This document shows, in pieces, positions 1 to 12,307 of a stretch of DNA of 64,000 nt (the first letter of the stretch is position 1; each line of letters begins with the position of its first letter). Under the pieces are notes generated by a model. It was given only the letters and a program-made list of their open reading frames with translations, had not been told where the DNA came from and searched no databases. The translations under genes and the position numbers were made by a program. The stretch is from Selaginella moellendorffii (taxonomy: Eukaryota; Plantae; Lycopodiophyta): the NCBI RefSeq assembly GCF_000143415.4, contig NW_003314283.1, positions 1,985,312-2,049,311 of the forward strand, given 5' to 3'.

Positions 1-1982
1 TCTATCCAACTCAATTGCCTTAGCCCCAAAAGTTAGCATCCCTTTCGGGTTGCATCATACAAATTACTTACTAAGGTCTAAGCCAACCAAAGTCAACTCT
101 AACCCCTTCACTAGTTTGTACTGGCTTACGAAAATGGAATGGTTTTCAGACAAAGTGATAATAGATTAGCCATTGGAAAAGTCTAAGAAAATTTGTGGAA
201 AATTTTTCCATTCTAGAGAAAGAATGACTCTCAATCTAGGAATGCAAATTTTCAAAACTCAACTAACTTCCTCCTACTTACAACTTCACATAGGTTCACC
301 TCAACACAAATTCTCATGACCTATAGTATGCTTAAGCCTCGAACATCTTTTTGCCCATATATTCGATATCCAACACTGATATCCGCAGAATGCAAAATGA
401 ACATCTAAAGCTTGATCACGAAAACCACATCTTCAGATATCCATATTGCACTAACACTCTTTTTCAATCATTCTCAAGATCCAATGTGAAGCCAAAACAC
501 TAACAAGAAAAATGACATGGAAAATCAAGCTTTAAGGAAAATTCCTCATCACTCGAACAACAATGCCACTTCCACTAACACAAGTGCTAGCAATGTCAAT
601 GCTTTAACTTCACACCTTCTCTATCCAACAATCTACTCCAAGTATTAACGGATAAACTAACAAGTTATAGCAAGTGAATGCTATAACCCTTTCCAACACC
701 TTATGGGCCAACTCTCAAAAGAACAACATACCAACTTAAGCTTAGCATAATGGACCACTATCAAGAATTCAGTCAAAACTACTACAATGCTACTTCGTGC
801 AAGTAGACTAGCCTCACCATCAACCACTTTGGGGTTGATCATCGTTTAACCAAGCAACTTCGTAAACACATTGCTCATTATCACATGGATATGATATGGA
901 AATCACAATGTCTTGATCATCAATCAAGCAACACACAAGCAATGCCAATGTCATTACTTCAAAGGTGTAGGTGAGTATCAAGTGTCAACTCAATTCGACA
1001 AAATGCAACATAAATGCCACACTCCACCGATAGAGACTTACAACACCCAACACCACTAACTTTTGTTCACAACACAGACAAACTCATGCCACTCTCTTTC
1101 CAACCAAACTCAAAACTAGTCCAACACCAAGCTACTCAAGGAGCAATAGCAAAGTTCCCCGGAAAAGAATTAAGCATTGCAACCCAAGTCTTCAATAACA
1201 AGCCTAGACAAAATGGTTTAGCGCTTTACTGCTATCCACCCCATAACTGATCATTTGTAAGACCATCATCTCCAAGATGCATCAAGATAGGGACTCTTGA
1301 TTACATACCATGAACACAAGCAATGAGTTAATACCTCGTTGCAAATCATCTCTCCAAGAAGAGAGAATGATTTACGTGTTTGATCCTTCGTCCCCGATGA
1401 CTCTCTTTTCGGTCTAATCTTTGATTACACCTCAAGTTTGCTTTCACACTGCCTTCAGTCCAATCCAAGAAAAGTTTATGAGAGAGCACAGCAACAATTA
1501 CTTGAATCAATAGACTCATCCCTACAGTCTTGATTGATCCACTTGTAATCATGCCTAGGAAGGATCCACTAGTGCCGTGCTAAATAGCTATGGACCAGCT
1601 TATTTACCACTCATAGCAAACCCAGGGAAAGTTTACTTTCACCCATGGTACATGGAAAAACTCATAGAACTACTGGAACAACTCATGGAACCACCGATAG
1701 GCTAACATTAATCCTGCCAACTCAAAGCATATCCTTGAGTTGCTAATGCACTCACGAGCCTAAGCGCAAACTCGTGCAAATTGGAACAACTTAATCCCTC
1801 TTGTGAGCTCAAGCTCAAGCTCACATCATAAGGTACAAGAAGGTAACAAAAACCATACCCAAGGAACAATTGCAAAGCCTTTACACCTAAGTGTGTACCC
1901 ACTCGAATCATCGTTTTCATCTCTGCGTATGCAACAAGATTAGTTGCCCAATCTCATTGTATAGTACTCGCTGAGACTCATT
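1..1982 (-). mobile_element. Non-coding internal region of an LTR retroelement (family E), running off the left edge
   Basis: Lies directly downstream of a PBS on the - strand. About 1350-1990 is the reverse complement of 63340-64000; the spurious ORFs 1708..1920 and 63422..63604 are near-identical. Confidence 0.55.
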
Positions 1983-1993
1983 CTCTGATACCA
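1983..1993 (-). promoter_or_regulatory. Primer-binding site (tRNA-iMet)
   Basis: Minus strand reads ...GCTACA-tt-TGGTATCAGAG, the canonical plant Met PBS after an LTR CA end. Confidence 0.8.
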
Positions 1994-1995
1994 AA

Positions 1996-2650
1996 TGTAG
2001 CGCACGTGGTTTTGACCCTTTATCCTATGGTGATTTACCATAGGATAACACCACGAAGCGGAACCTAAACCCTCTTTATGCCACGTGACACATGCTACGT
2101 GTCACATGCCATGTGTCCATGCCACGTGTCCACAGGACAGTGGTGTGGAACCTGTGGTTCAGGGCCTTGGGCCACTGAACGAAGGAACGGTGCCAAACTC
2201 CCAAGCATGGAGCCAAGGAGTGACGGAACCGAACCACGAAGCAACTCCTGAGCATACAACCCAAGGAGCGAAGGAACAGGAGCCCAGAGCGACTTGGAAT
2301 AGTCCTAGAGCAACCAACATCCCAATGCCAAGACTAACACGCAAAACGGAGCCAAATGGAGTCTGGTGCTATTTCGGCATACCGGTGGCCTAATGCGAGA
2401 GCATGGGTACTCCACCAGCTAGCATGGAATGGAACTTGGGCTTAGACCCAAGCCGGACGTAGAACAAGGACAGGCACGCAAGCGGAAGCTAGACTATGCC
2501 TCAGGTTGGTCGGCCATGCCCGACCTACCCACTATCCCTACTATACATTTAGAACCCCCCACGGCCCTCCCCCCCCCCCCCCTTGAGGAACACACGCTTT
2601 GGGCTTTCACCCCAAGCCTCCCTTAGTATCAGGAGTTAGTCTCTGCGACA
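1996..2650 (-). mobile_element. 5' LTR of family E
   Basis: TG...CA ends and abuts the PBS. Contains the GGGTGAAAGCCCAAAGCG/G-run/GTATAGTAGGG block found in LTR families A and B. The distal boundary at 2650 is inferred. Confidence 0.6.
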
Positions 2651-3454
2651 AACTCAAAACTTACTAAATATGGAATGTCCTTAGATTGCGAATTTGGACA
2701 TGGGACGAACACCGTTGTGTTCAAGACAATCTCTACATTCCGTAGATATGCCAAATGTGCAAATCTAGACACTTTCCATAAATAGCATTTGGGACCGAAT
2801 TGAGACTAACACAAAGGGCATGATAGCGAGGGTGTTTGGCAAACACGGTAGCGATATTGAGGGACTAATCTCAATACGCAAGGGTTCTTGTCAAGCCAGT
2901 GCAAGACAGAGCAAAAGAGAACTAAAAAGCCGGGCCAAGTATGCTTGGCTGAATAGACACTTAGGAATTCTGTCCTTATGCTCATCCGGCCAAGTACAGA
3001 TGCAAAGTTCAGTTTACTAACACTTGAACAAGAGGGACTGATAAAGGGTCCAGCAATACCGACCTCCTGCCATCGTGGCAGTAAGGTAAGAGTGTTTGTC
3101 AGGTAACTTTCGATACTCGATTCGTGACAACTTGGAAATATAGATTAAATCAAAATTGGAAAGATGAAAAAATGTTGGTTCAAGATGAGCCAATGTTTTT
3201 CTTGTGTTTGAGAAGTTGTAAGCTCAACTCATAAGTTCAAAATCTACCTAAGCTAGATCCTAGGAGGAGATGAGAGTAGTGACTTGAAGGGGAGTTTACA
3301 AGCCACTCACTATGATACTAAATTTGGTGCAAACAGAGAGTCACTTGCAATTGATATCAAGGGATCTTTGACTGACTAAGCGATCACCTTCTTCTTTCCT
3401 TTTGCTCGGGTGGTTGTAGTTTGTTGCTGTTGTCTATAAATGTCCTTGGCAACC

Positions 3455-4360
3455 AATATAAGGCTTTGACCATATGGTCAACATTGGTCAAAGGGAGGCT
3501 GAAAGGTATATTAAGGCATATTAGGACTTAACCTACCCTAGGGCTCATAGTGGAACGACAGCATAGTGGAGCTTTGGAGGTAGCTCGGGGGTGGTTGGGT
3601 GGTGAGGAACCTCAAGAGGTGGCATAGCATGGTCTAGGGAGACTAGACCTCAATTTTTATTGGAGGAATATGAAAACTAATATTCTCAAGTATTGTAAAT
3701 CATGCGAGCTTTGTCAACGGGTTAAGGTGCCATGGGAGAAGTGGGGGGCATTTTTGCAACTTTTACCTATTCCTTAGGGCTGTTAGTGTAGTATCTCTAT
3801 GGATTTCATCACTTGTTTGCTACTAACACAGAGGGAAAAAGAGCAAGGATGGGTCATAGTGGATTGGTTGACGAAGTATATGCCGTTGTTGGCTCTTTAG
3901 AAGACTATCACTGCTTCAGACTTGGCTGCGGTTTATTTGAAGAAGGTTTTTTCTTGATTTTGGTTTCCCGAAGGACATTATTAGTGATTGAGTTTCAAAG
4001 TTCACCAGTGGATTTTGGAAGAGCTTTACAAAGGCTATGCAAGTGACTTTGAAACTCTCGAGTGGAAATCATCCTTAAACGGATGGGCAAACTGAATGTG
4101 TGAATCAGGTGGTGGAGGATATATTACATTGTAGCATTGGTCAAAGGCCAGGATAGTGAGTTCTTTATCTTCCATTGGTGCAATTTGCTTACAATAATAG
4201 CCAATACAGTGGAACCAAGCTAAGTCCTTACTTTTCCATGTTTGGAAGGCATCCCCAAACAGTGGTGGAGTTGGGATTGGATTTGAGTAAGGAAATTCAA
4301 GATAAGCTTGATTCTGAGGTGACTAATTTGGCCACAGAACTTGATGAGATTCTGGTGGTG
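3455..4360 (+). mobile_element. Decayed family D gypsy fragment (LTR piece fused to integrase piece)
   Basis: 3455-3640 is the reverse complement of LTR 12097-12307. 3650-4100 is homologous to integrase 8980-9430, and integrase-like sequence (QFAYNNS...SPYF..FGRHP) follows. Confidence 0.75.
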
Positions 4361-4370
4361 TGTAAATGGA

Positions 4371-4479
4371 ATTGGGGAAGGAGGGGTGCTTCCCCCAAGG
4401 CTCGCTTAAACACGAGAAATGCTTCAACGCCCTTTGCAAAATGCCCCCCCTTGCCCTTGTGGGGCAAGGGTTTTATACG
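4371..4479 (-). mobile_element. Family C LTR fragment
   Basis: Reverse complement of part of LTR 52700-52883 / 61621-61807. Confidence 0.7.
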
Positions 4480-4489
4480 TTGTATTCTC

Positions 4490-7400
4490 ATCACATGGAC
4501 AAATGGTCTTAAAGGGCAAAAGGTTGCCCCAAGAGAACAAATCAAGTGTTGGAGTAACACTTGTAAAGATGGTCCTTGTGAGTAGGACTTGAATACAAGA
4601 AGTTGTATTCCATGTGTTGGCACGTCAAAGGTGGGACCTCATGGATCGTCAGATGACAAAGTCCAAAAAGCTAGAGGACTCAAATAGAGTCAAGGAATAA
4701 TCCTGAAGGATTGATGAAAGCATTTGGACTGAGGTGTGTTGTGCCCTACTAATGATGGGGGGGGGGGATTATAGAATCCAAGGATGAGAACAGAGGGTAT
4801 CTCATCGATGGCAAAATGTGCCATGCTACAGTGTTGGGAAAAGTGTTCCTAGAATAAGCAACTTTGGTGCAGAGTTCTGTGCGAACATTATAATGTAATG
4901 CTAATGGATAGTTGGCATGAGAAACCACTGGGTTGGTCTTGGCAAAGACCTAGACACAAGTGCAAAGTGTCATAAAGGCAGACACATGGAGCTGATGGTG
5001 TGGAGACACCAAATGGGCCAAGGTGTGATGCCTTGAGATTATGTTGATGGGTTCATGAGAACCCCTTGCCAAGGGAATCTCAATGGAAATGGGAATGGTA
5101 TAGGCTATGTTGGAAGGCATGTGGTTGGAGTGTGGTAACCCAGATAATAATGAAGGTGTGGAAGCACCAAGCAATGAGTTGTAGGGCTTGACAATTATAG
5201 GGCAACTAAGCAAAAGGTGCAAAGATAATTAGTTAAACGGGTAGAAAGTAGCTAATGGCATAAGGAAGTTAAATATACTCTTACACGGGCTAAATTGCTT
5301 ATGTTGCGATATAGTGAGTTAATGTCGTAAAAGGAAATGCTCATTGTCAAGGAGACCATCATTGGGACACCCAAACACTCTGGAACACCAAAAGGTGGTG
5401 TTTAGTGTCGCGAGGGCAATAGATAAGGCCCAAGGGACTAAGTCCCTAGCGAATGATGGATAGAAGGTGCTATCCAAATGTCCAAGGTTGCGGAGACGGG
5501 AGAAGACTGTCTACCCGAATTGGACAAAGCTAAAAATGGAATTTTGGCAAGGCTAGTGAAAGCCTATGAGCAGCAACATTAACCCCATTGTGTGGGATTA
5601 TAAGGTGAGCATACCTGGATTGAGGAACCACTCCCTAGGCTATCGGGTAAATTCGTTCCTAAAAATACTTGCTAAGGCATGATAGAAAGTGCAAAGCTAT
5701 CCTCCTAGTCTGGAGGAGAATGACAGAAAGAAAGGTGTGAAGCCAAAGGCAAATAGTAAGGGGATAGAACCGAACCATAGGAATCGAAGGGCATGACCAA
5801 GGCTGGTTATGCCAGTTGGGAGTGGGGAATCAAGTGGGGGCTCGAGGGTGTTGTTGCTGGCAAACCATGATGCCATGGAGAGTCTAAAATATGGAATTGT
5901 CCATGTTAGACTATAGGGCAACTAGAAAGCTTGCAAAAAGGGAGGCCTTAGCAAGCTAAGGGACAGAGTTCCTTCAAGGTTCCCAAAACCCTCTCTTTGA
6001 ACACTCGGGAACTACTTCCCTAACTTTGATAGCCTTGCCCCATGGCAAGCTTCAAGATCACGCTTCTGCTGTGCCACTCTAGTTTCATGCGTTCCATGAA
6101 CCATTTACCCTTGGCCTTTCTAGGTACTAAACTACCTAGAATCGTCTTTGAACGAAAGTTGATGGTCAAGGACTTTCACGTTTATGCAGGAACCATGTTA
6201 CGGTGGTCGGAGGACTTACCAAGTGAGATTGGCAAGTCGGGGGAACAAATACCTTAGTTGAAGGTGATAATTTCAAAAGGGTGGGCCATAGGGCCAAGCA
6301 TGGAGGAGTCCATGCATGATCACAGACTAGTCAAGTGAAAGGACTTGGTAGTGCAGAGGAACTAGGTTCCTAAGCTGTGATTTGTAGCGCGCTTTATAAA
6401 TTGGTGCACCGGCGTGGGGAGTCACGCCAGGCATCCAGTGTGATGCCGTCTGTAGATGCATATACGGAGGTTGGGTTCGAGTCCCAACCCTCTAGTGCTT
6501 GGGTTCGAGTCCCAAATCACTAGGGCGTGGTGATGGTTTGGAATATGAGGACACTCATTTTTCGGTGGTCATGTACTCTCAGTGCAGAGACTGGCTTGGG
6601 CACACTACCAAGTGGGGGATGCCCCGGAGTCGTGATACATGGTTAGATTGCTTAGTGTGGCTCGGCATATCTAATTTGAACACTTTAGTGCGAGTGGCAC
6701 CAAGGACGTGGTGAATGAGATGGGGACACCCAGTCTTGGTTGCTATGGACCCTTGGCCGGAAGGGCTAGCTTGGGCACACCACCAAGTGTGGGGGATGCC
6801 CCCAGGGTCGTGGTCAACAAGTTAAAGGTCTGGAAGACCTAGTACCTATTGGCAAACCTGTTAAGGTGTCAAGATTAGATTGCTAAGTGATCGCATGGCT
6901 AAACAAGGATGAGGTCCTTGTGAGGTTAAGGAACAAGGTTCCTAGTTCAAAGCGTTGATTTGAACTATTGATAATGGTGTGGCTTGGTCAAGGTGATCAA
7001 GTGGGAAGGACACCTAAGGGAAATGAACTACGACAATACAATGGTATTGTGAGTTCAAAGTAGTTTCTGGGAGAGACCTTTGGGAGGGTCACAAAGTTGG
7101 GCCAAGGAAGGGGCGCATAGCAGAAAATGCTAAAAAGACCTACTAGGGGTGAGCACCCTCTGGACTTGGCAAAGTGGAGCTTTTCCATGGAACCAAAAGG
7201 ATACCTCAAGGAGGGAGGTAGTGATCCTGTGTTGCTTGATGCAACAATCAACGGATAAGAGCAAAAGACTAGTGGCCAAGTTTGGGCCATGGAATTTAAT
7301 GGGAGGAATCCAAATGGCAAAGTTAGCCAAGGAACACTAATGTGTTTGATGCTAACGGATTGCGGGAAAGGAAGTGGATTTCCAAGGATAGATTCCCAAG

Positions 7401-7990
7401 TGCTCCAATTTGGCAAAGTAAAAGCTCCAAGTGGGGAGTAGCAAAGTAGCCAAAGGATAAGGCCGTGGACAGCCGTGGACAGCTCTGGCACAAATGATAA
7501 AAATTGAAACGTAGTGCCAAGGGTGGCACAAAATAGAAAAGAGGATGATGGTGCCCTTAAGTAGAGAACTTCCTAGGATAGGGAAGTGGACTTGCACAAT
7601 ATGTGCAATACAAGGTGTCGGAGACACTTAGAAAATTGACTTCAAGAAGTAAAAAATAAACGTTCCAAAGTGCAAAGGTTATGTCGATGGAATCCGAGAC
7701 TACTCGGGAATGAGTAGTGGAATTGAGTTAGAGAAGGTGTCTCTAACGGGTTTAGCGAGAACTGAGCCAATAAAAGGGAGCAAACCACCCTAGGTGGCCG
7801 AATGAGTCTATACATTGGAGAGACTATGCTCCTTAGAGAATGGACAAGGCATGGTGAGCCTTCGGTGTCAAACCATAGACAAACATTGGCTGGATGCCAA
7901 GGATGGAAATGGTAATACATGTGGGTGTTACTTTATAAAAGGGTTTATCGTTCGATGAGGACATCAAACTTCGTCTATGGGTGGTGGAGT
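4490..7990 (+). mobile_element. Internal, apparently non-coding region of LTR family B
   Basis: Ends in purine-rich GGGTGGTGGAGT directly before LTR B. Parts recur inverted at 24730-25630 and 26976-27370. The left boundary is uncertain. Confidence 0.5.
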
Positions 7991-8977
7991 TGTGAGACAC
8001 AAAATCCCTATGCCCCAAAGTGGAGCCAGAAAGGGTGCCACGTAGTAATGGCCGAAGCAAAAGCCAAACGAGCATAACACATTTGGACTAAAAGCTCCAA
8101 TTTGGAAGGTCAAAAGTGGGAGTGGAACTCCCAACAAAGAGCTCGAGGAACGAGCACGAGGCATCCAATAAGTAAGGCTCCAAAAAGGACCAACACATGA
8201 CACGTGGAGGAGTCTAAGATGGACCCGAGTTGGAATCCGAGATGGACCTAAAGTGGAGTTCGAGATGGAGTCCGAGATGGAGTCTGAGATGGATCCAAGA
8301 TGGAGTTCGAGATGGACCTGAGTTGGAGTCCGAGATGGAGTCCGAGATGGACCCGAGTTGGAGTCCGAGATGGACCCGAAGTGGAGTCCAAGATGGAGTC
8401 CGAGATGGACTCGAGTTGGAGTCTAAGGTGGACCCGAAGTGGAGTCCAAGATGGAGTCCGAGATAGACCCGAGATGGAGTCCGAGATGGACCCGAGTTGG
8501 AGTCCGAGATGGACCCGAGATGGAGTCCGAGATGGACCCGAGATGGAGTCCGAGATGGACCCAAAGTGGAGTCTGAGATGGAGTCCGAGATGGACCCGAG
8601 ATGGAGTCCAAGATGGAACCGAGACCGAGACCGAGACCGAGACTGAGTCCGAGTCCGAAACTGGGACTAAGACTGAGTCTGAGTCTGAGTTCGAGTCCGA
8701 GTCCGAGTCTGAATACTAATACAGGCAGTTGGGTGAAAGCCCAAAGCGATCGTCCCTCAGGGGGGGGGGGGGGGGGGCTCCGGGGGGTTCCAAAAGTATA
8801 GTAGGGAGAGTGTGGGGGTTGGAGCCCAGTGGAGCCAGTTTGGCTAGGAAAGGCTAGTTTAGCCCAGGAAAGGCCAGTTTGGCCTAGGAAGGCTATACCC
8901 AGTGTTGGGTGATGAACTGACCACTGGGAAGTCCAAGACTAGAGTGAATATGGACTGACAAGCGGGGTAGCTTGGTG
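7991..8977 (+). mobile_element. Truncated 3' LTR, family B
   Basis: Starts TGTGAGACACAAAATCCCTA and is colinear with solo LTR 58276-59965. It breaks off into family D integrase. Confidence 0.85.
8210..8712. repeat. Hexamer-based array (GAGTCC/GAGATG/GACCC) inside LTR B
   Basis: Direct inspection. It generates low-complexity SPRW/ESE ORFs in several frames. Confidence 0.9.
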
Positions 8978-11595
8978 TTCACACGCTTGGTTTGCCCATC
9001 CGTCTGAGGATGATCTCCACTCAAAAGTTTCAAAGTCACTTTCATATCTTTTGCAAAGATTTTCCAAAATCCATTGGTGAACTTTGAATCTCGATCACTA
9101 ATGATGTCCTCCGGCAAACCAAAATCAGGAAAAACCTTCTCTAAGTAAACTGCAGCCAAGTTTGAGGCAGTGACATTCTTCCGAAGAGCCAACAACCGCA
9201 CATACTTCGTCAACCAATCCACTATGACCCATACTTGCTCCTTTTGCCTCTGTGTTCGTGGCAAATAAGTGATGAAGTCCATAAAGATACTAAACCAATG
9301 GCTCTGAGGAATAGGTAAAGGTTGCAAAAGTCCCCTCGGCTTCTCCCGTGGCACCTTAACCCGCTGACAAAGCTCGCAAGATTTACAATACCTGAGGATA
9401 TCAGCCTTCATATTCCTCCAATAAAAGTTGCGCTTAATCAACTCATACGTCTTCTTCCCCCCAAAATAACCGGCCTTTGGACGATTATGATAGTGGAATA
9501 AAACTTGAGTAATTAACGCATCCACCCGTGGCAAATATACATGGCCATTATAGTAGAGAATCCCATCCACCAATGAGAAAGGGTCTTCCATTTGGTCTCG
9601 CAAAGAGGCCACCTCAGCATCCTGAGCCTGAGCATGCTCAACCAATTGCCCAAACTCACTGACTACCTTACTCAAATGATGACAAAATTGTGTTTGTAAT
9701 GTCATCACATGATGAACACGAGATAAAGCATCTGCCACCACATTTGATTTTCCCGGATGATGCTTAATAGGAAACTCCCCAAACTCCATGAGTTTGACCA
9801 TCCATGAGCTTGCCGATGTTCAACTCTTTCTATGTGAAAAGATACACAACTGGTTTATGATCTGTCAATACCATGAACACTGCACCATAAGATAGTGTTG
9901 CCACGTCTACAAAGCATGAACAATAGAGAGTAACTCTTGCTCATATGTGGAATAGTGTTGCTCCGCAGAATTCAAGGTTCGACTCTCATATGCAACAGGC
10001 TGTCCCTCTTGCATGAGAACTCCTCCCAGTGCATAACCACTCACATCGCATGTCACCTTGTAAGGTTTTGATGGATTAACAATGCAAAGCACTGGAGTCT
10101 CGCTCAACAATCATTTCAGCACCACAAAACTCTCCTCTTGTGGCTTCTTCCACTCGAATGGCACATTCTTGCGTAAGAACTGCGTTAAAGGAATAGCCAC
10201 CTCTACAAACTTATGTTGGAAACGTCAGTAGTAACTAGCCATACCAAGAAAACTGTGCAACTCAGCCACTGTAGTCGGTGTAGGCTAGTTTTCCACCACA
10301 GCCACCTTCCTTGCATCCGTCTTGACACCCTTAGATGTCACAATATGGCCGAGATATTCCACCTCTGACTTTGCAAATTCACATTTGCTCTTCTTCGCAT
10401 AAAGTTTGTTATCTCGAAGTAACAAAAGAAACTTGCGCAAATGCACCTTATGCTCCTCCATATTCTTGCTAAAAACAAGATTATCGTCCAACAAAATCTC
10501 CACAAACTCATGAAGATAAAGCCCAAATACCGCCGTCATCAACCAAGTAAATGTGGCTGATGCATTCATCAAACCAAACGGCATAACTGTAAACTCAAAA
10601 TGTCCGAAGCTTGTATCGAATGCCATCTTAGAGATAGATGCATCATCCATTGGAATCTGATGATATCCACTCCTCAGATCAATCTTGGTAAACACTCGTG
10701 CTTCACCAAGCTTGTCCAGGATATCATCCACACATGGCATCGGCATCTTGTCCTTCATTGTCTTCTTGTTTAAAGTGTGGTAGTCAATACACATCCATAT
10801 TGAACCGTCTTTCTTCACAAGCAAGACTAGAGCACCAAACGGAGACTTACTTAGCTGAATAAATCCAAACTCAAGTAACTCCTTGACTTGTCGTTGAACT
10901 TCTTGCTCCTCTGCATAACTTAACCGAAATGGATGCCGGTAAATTGGCCACGTCCCCGGCTCCAATGTAATCCCATGCTCCACACCTCGTAATGGAGGCA
11001 ACCTATGAGGAAGTTCCTATGGAAAAACATCAGAAAACTCATCTAGTACATCCCGTACTGCTGCTTCTCCCCCATACGTGCCTTGGTCCCCCAAGTCATG
11101 AACAAACAGCAAGTAATTCGAAAGTGCTTTTCCATTACGACAAGCCCGCTTCAAAGATGTAGCAGAGAGCATAACAACTGGTGGTTGAACGCCCTTGCCA
11201 AACCACACATCTTTAACGCTATTATACTCTAGCGAGATACGCTTAATACTCCACTTTATCTCGGGATCCACCTTCACCAACCATGGCATCCCAAGAATGA
11301 GATCCACACGATGGATATCCGCGAGATAAAAGGTCTCCACAAGTGTGGTTTTGCCAACCAACACTTCCAACCCCTCGCCATAAGCATCGAAATGTTGAGT
11401 AGAGGTAATTGCACCTTCCACTGTGTGTGGAAGAACTCCGCGTGTGACTAGGCCATGCTTCGCAAGAAACTTTGCCGAAACAAAGTTGTCATCGCTCCCA
11501 CTATCCAGTAAAATCCGCACTGGATCGCCACGGAACACGCCCTCCAGCATTAAAGCTGATTCACGCATATCCTTAAGCTCCATCTTGTTCCACAC
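8978..11595 (-). pseudogene. pol: gypsy pol (protease, RT, RNase H, integrase) with stops and frameshifts
   Basis: LLDSGSDDNF protease; KIDLRSGYHQ, MPFGL, LLDD RT; DVSGYALGGVL RNase H; His/Cys zinc-finger region and MDFIT...SDRD...PQTDGQT integrase. Confidence 0.92.
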
Positions 11596-11625
11596 AAAGT
11601 TGAGCTGACGAGCAACGATCGAAAG

Positions 11626-12072
11626 TCACTTCCTCCGACCGGAATGGTCGTTCTCCTCATCCTCACGTTGCAAAGTTTGCAACTTTTTAGTATCTGACTT
11701 ACCGTGAGAAGAAGATTGGCCATTCTTCTTGTCTTGCTGCTTGTTCTTCAACTGTGGACAATCAGCCTTATAGTGTCCAAGTTCACCACAATGATAACAA
11801 CCCTGTCTATAATTCTTCACAAAGAACTTCTGCTTCTTGGACCCCTTTGCATCTGAAGTAGTGCTACCCCGTCCAGCCTCGAGTGCCTCAATATGCCCAT
11901 GCATGGTATCCATCATGCCATGCATCTCGTCTTGCATCTCTTGTTGATTTTGATTAAGATCTCGCAGTTCATGAACCACATCTTGAATGGTCCAAATCTC
12001 CGCAGCTTCGTCGGCACCATCATCGGCACCACCATCGACAATAGGATTCCAGTGTTCAACTTGGTCGGCCAT
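11626..12072 (-). pseudogene. gag: Short gag with CCHC zinc knuckle
   Basis: CYHCGELGHYKADC; lies between PBS and protease. Confidence 0.75.
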
Positions 12073-12307
12073 CGGAACCAACTCCTCTAATACCAATGTT
12101 ATGATCTAGCGCAAAAAGACATGCTACGCCACCTCTTGAGGTTCCTCACCACCCAACCACCCCTAAGCTACCTCAAAAGCTCCACTGCGCCGCCGCTCCA
12201 CTATGAGCCCTAGGGTAGGTTAAGTCCCCCACCCTATCATGCCTTAATATACCCTTGAGCCTCCCTTTGACCGATGTTGACCATGTAGTCAAAGCTGGTG
12301 CCTAACA

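Larger units (their letters stand above)
8978..12307 (-). mobile_element. Ty3/gypsy retrotransposon (family D), 3'-truncated
   Basis: 211-bp 5' LTR at 12097-12307 (TGTTA...TAACA), Met-type PBS TGGTATTAGAG at 12085-12095, domain order gag-PR-RT-RH-INT. Confidence 0.92.

Noticed and set aside
6468-6516. tRNA gene
   Set aside because: T-arm-like hairpins only; no cloverleaf or acceptor stem seen.
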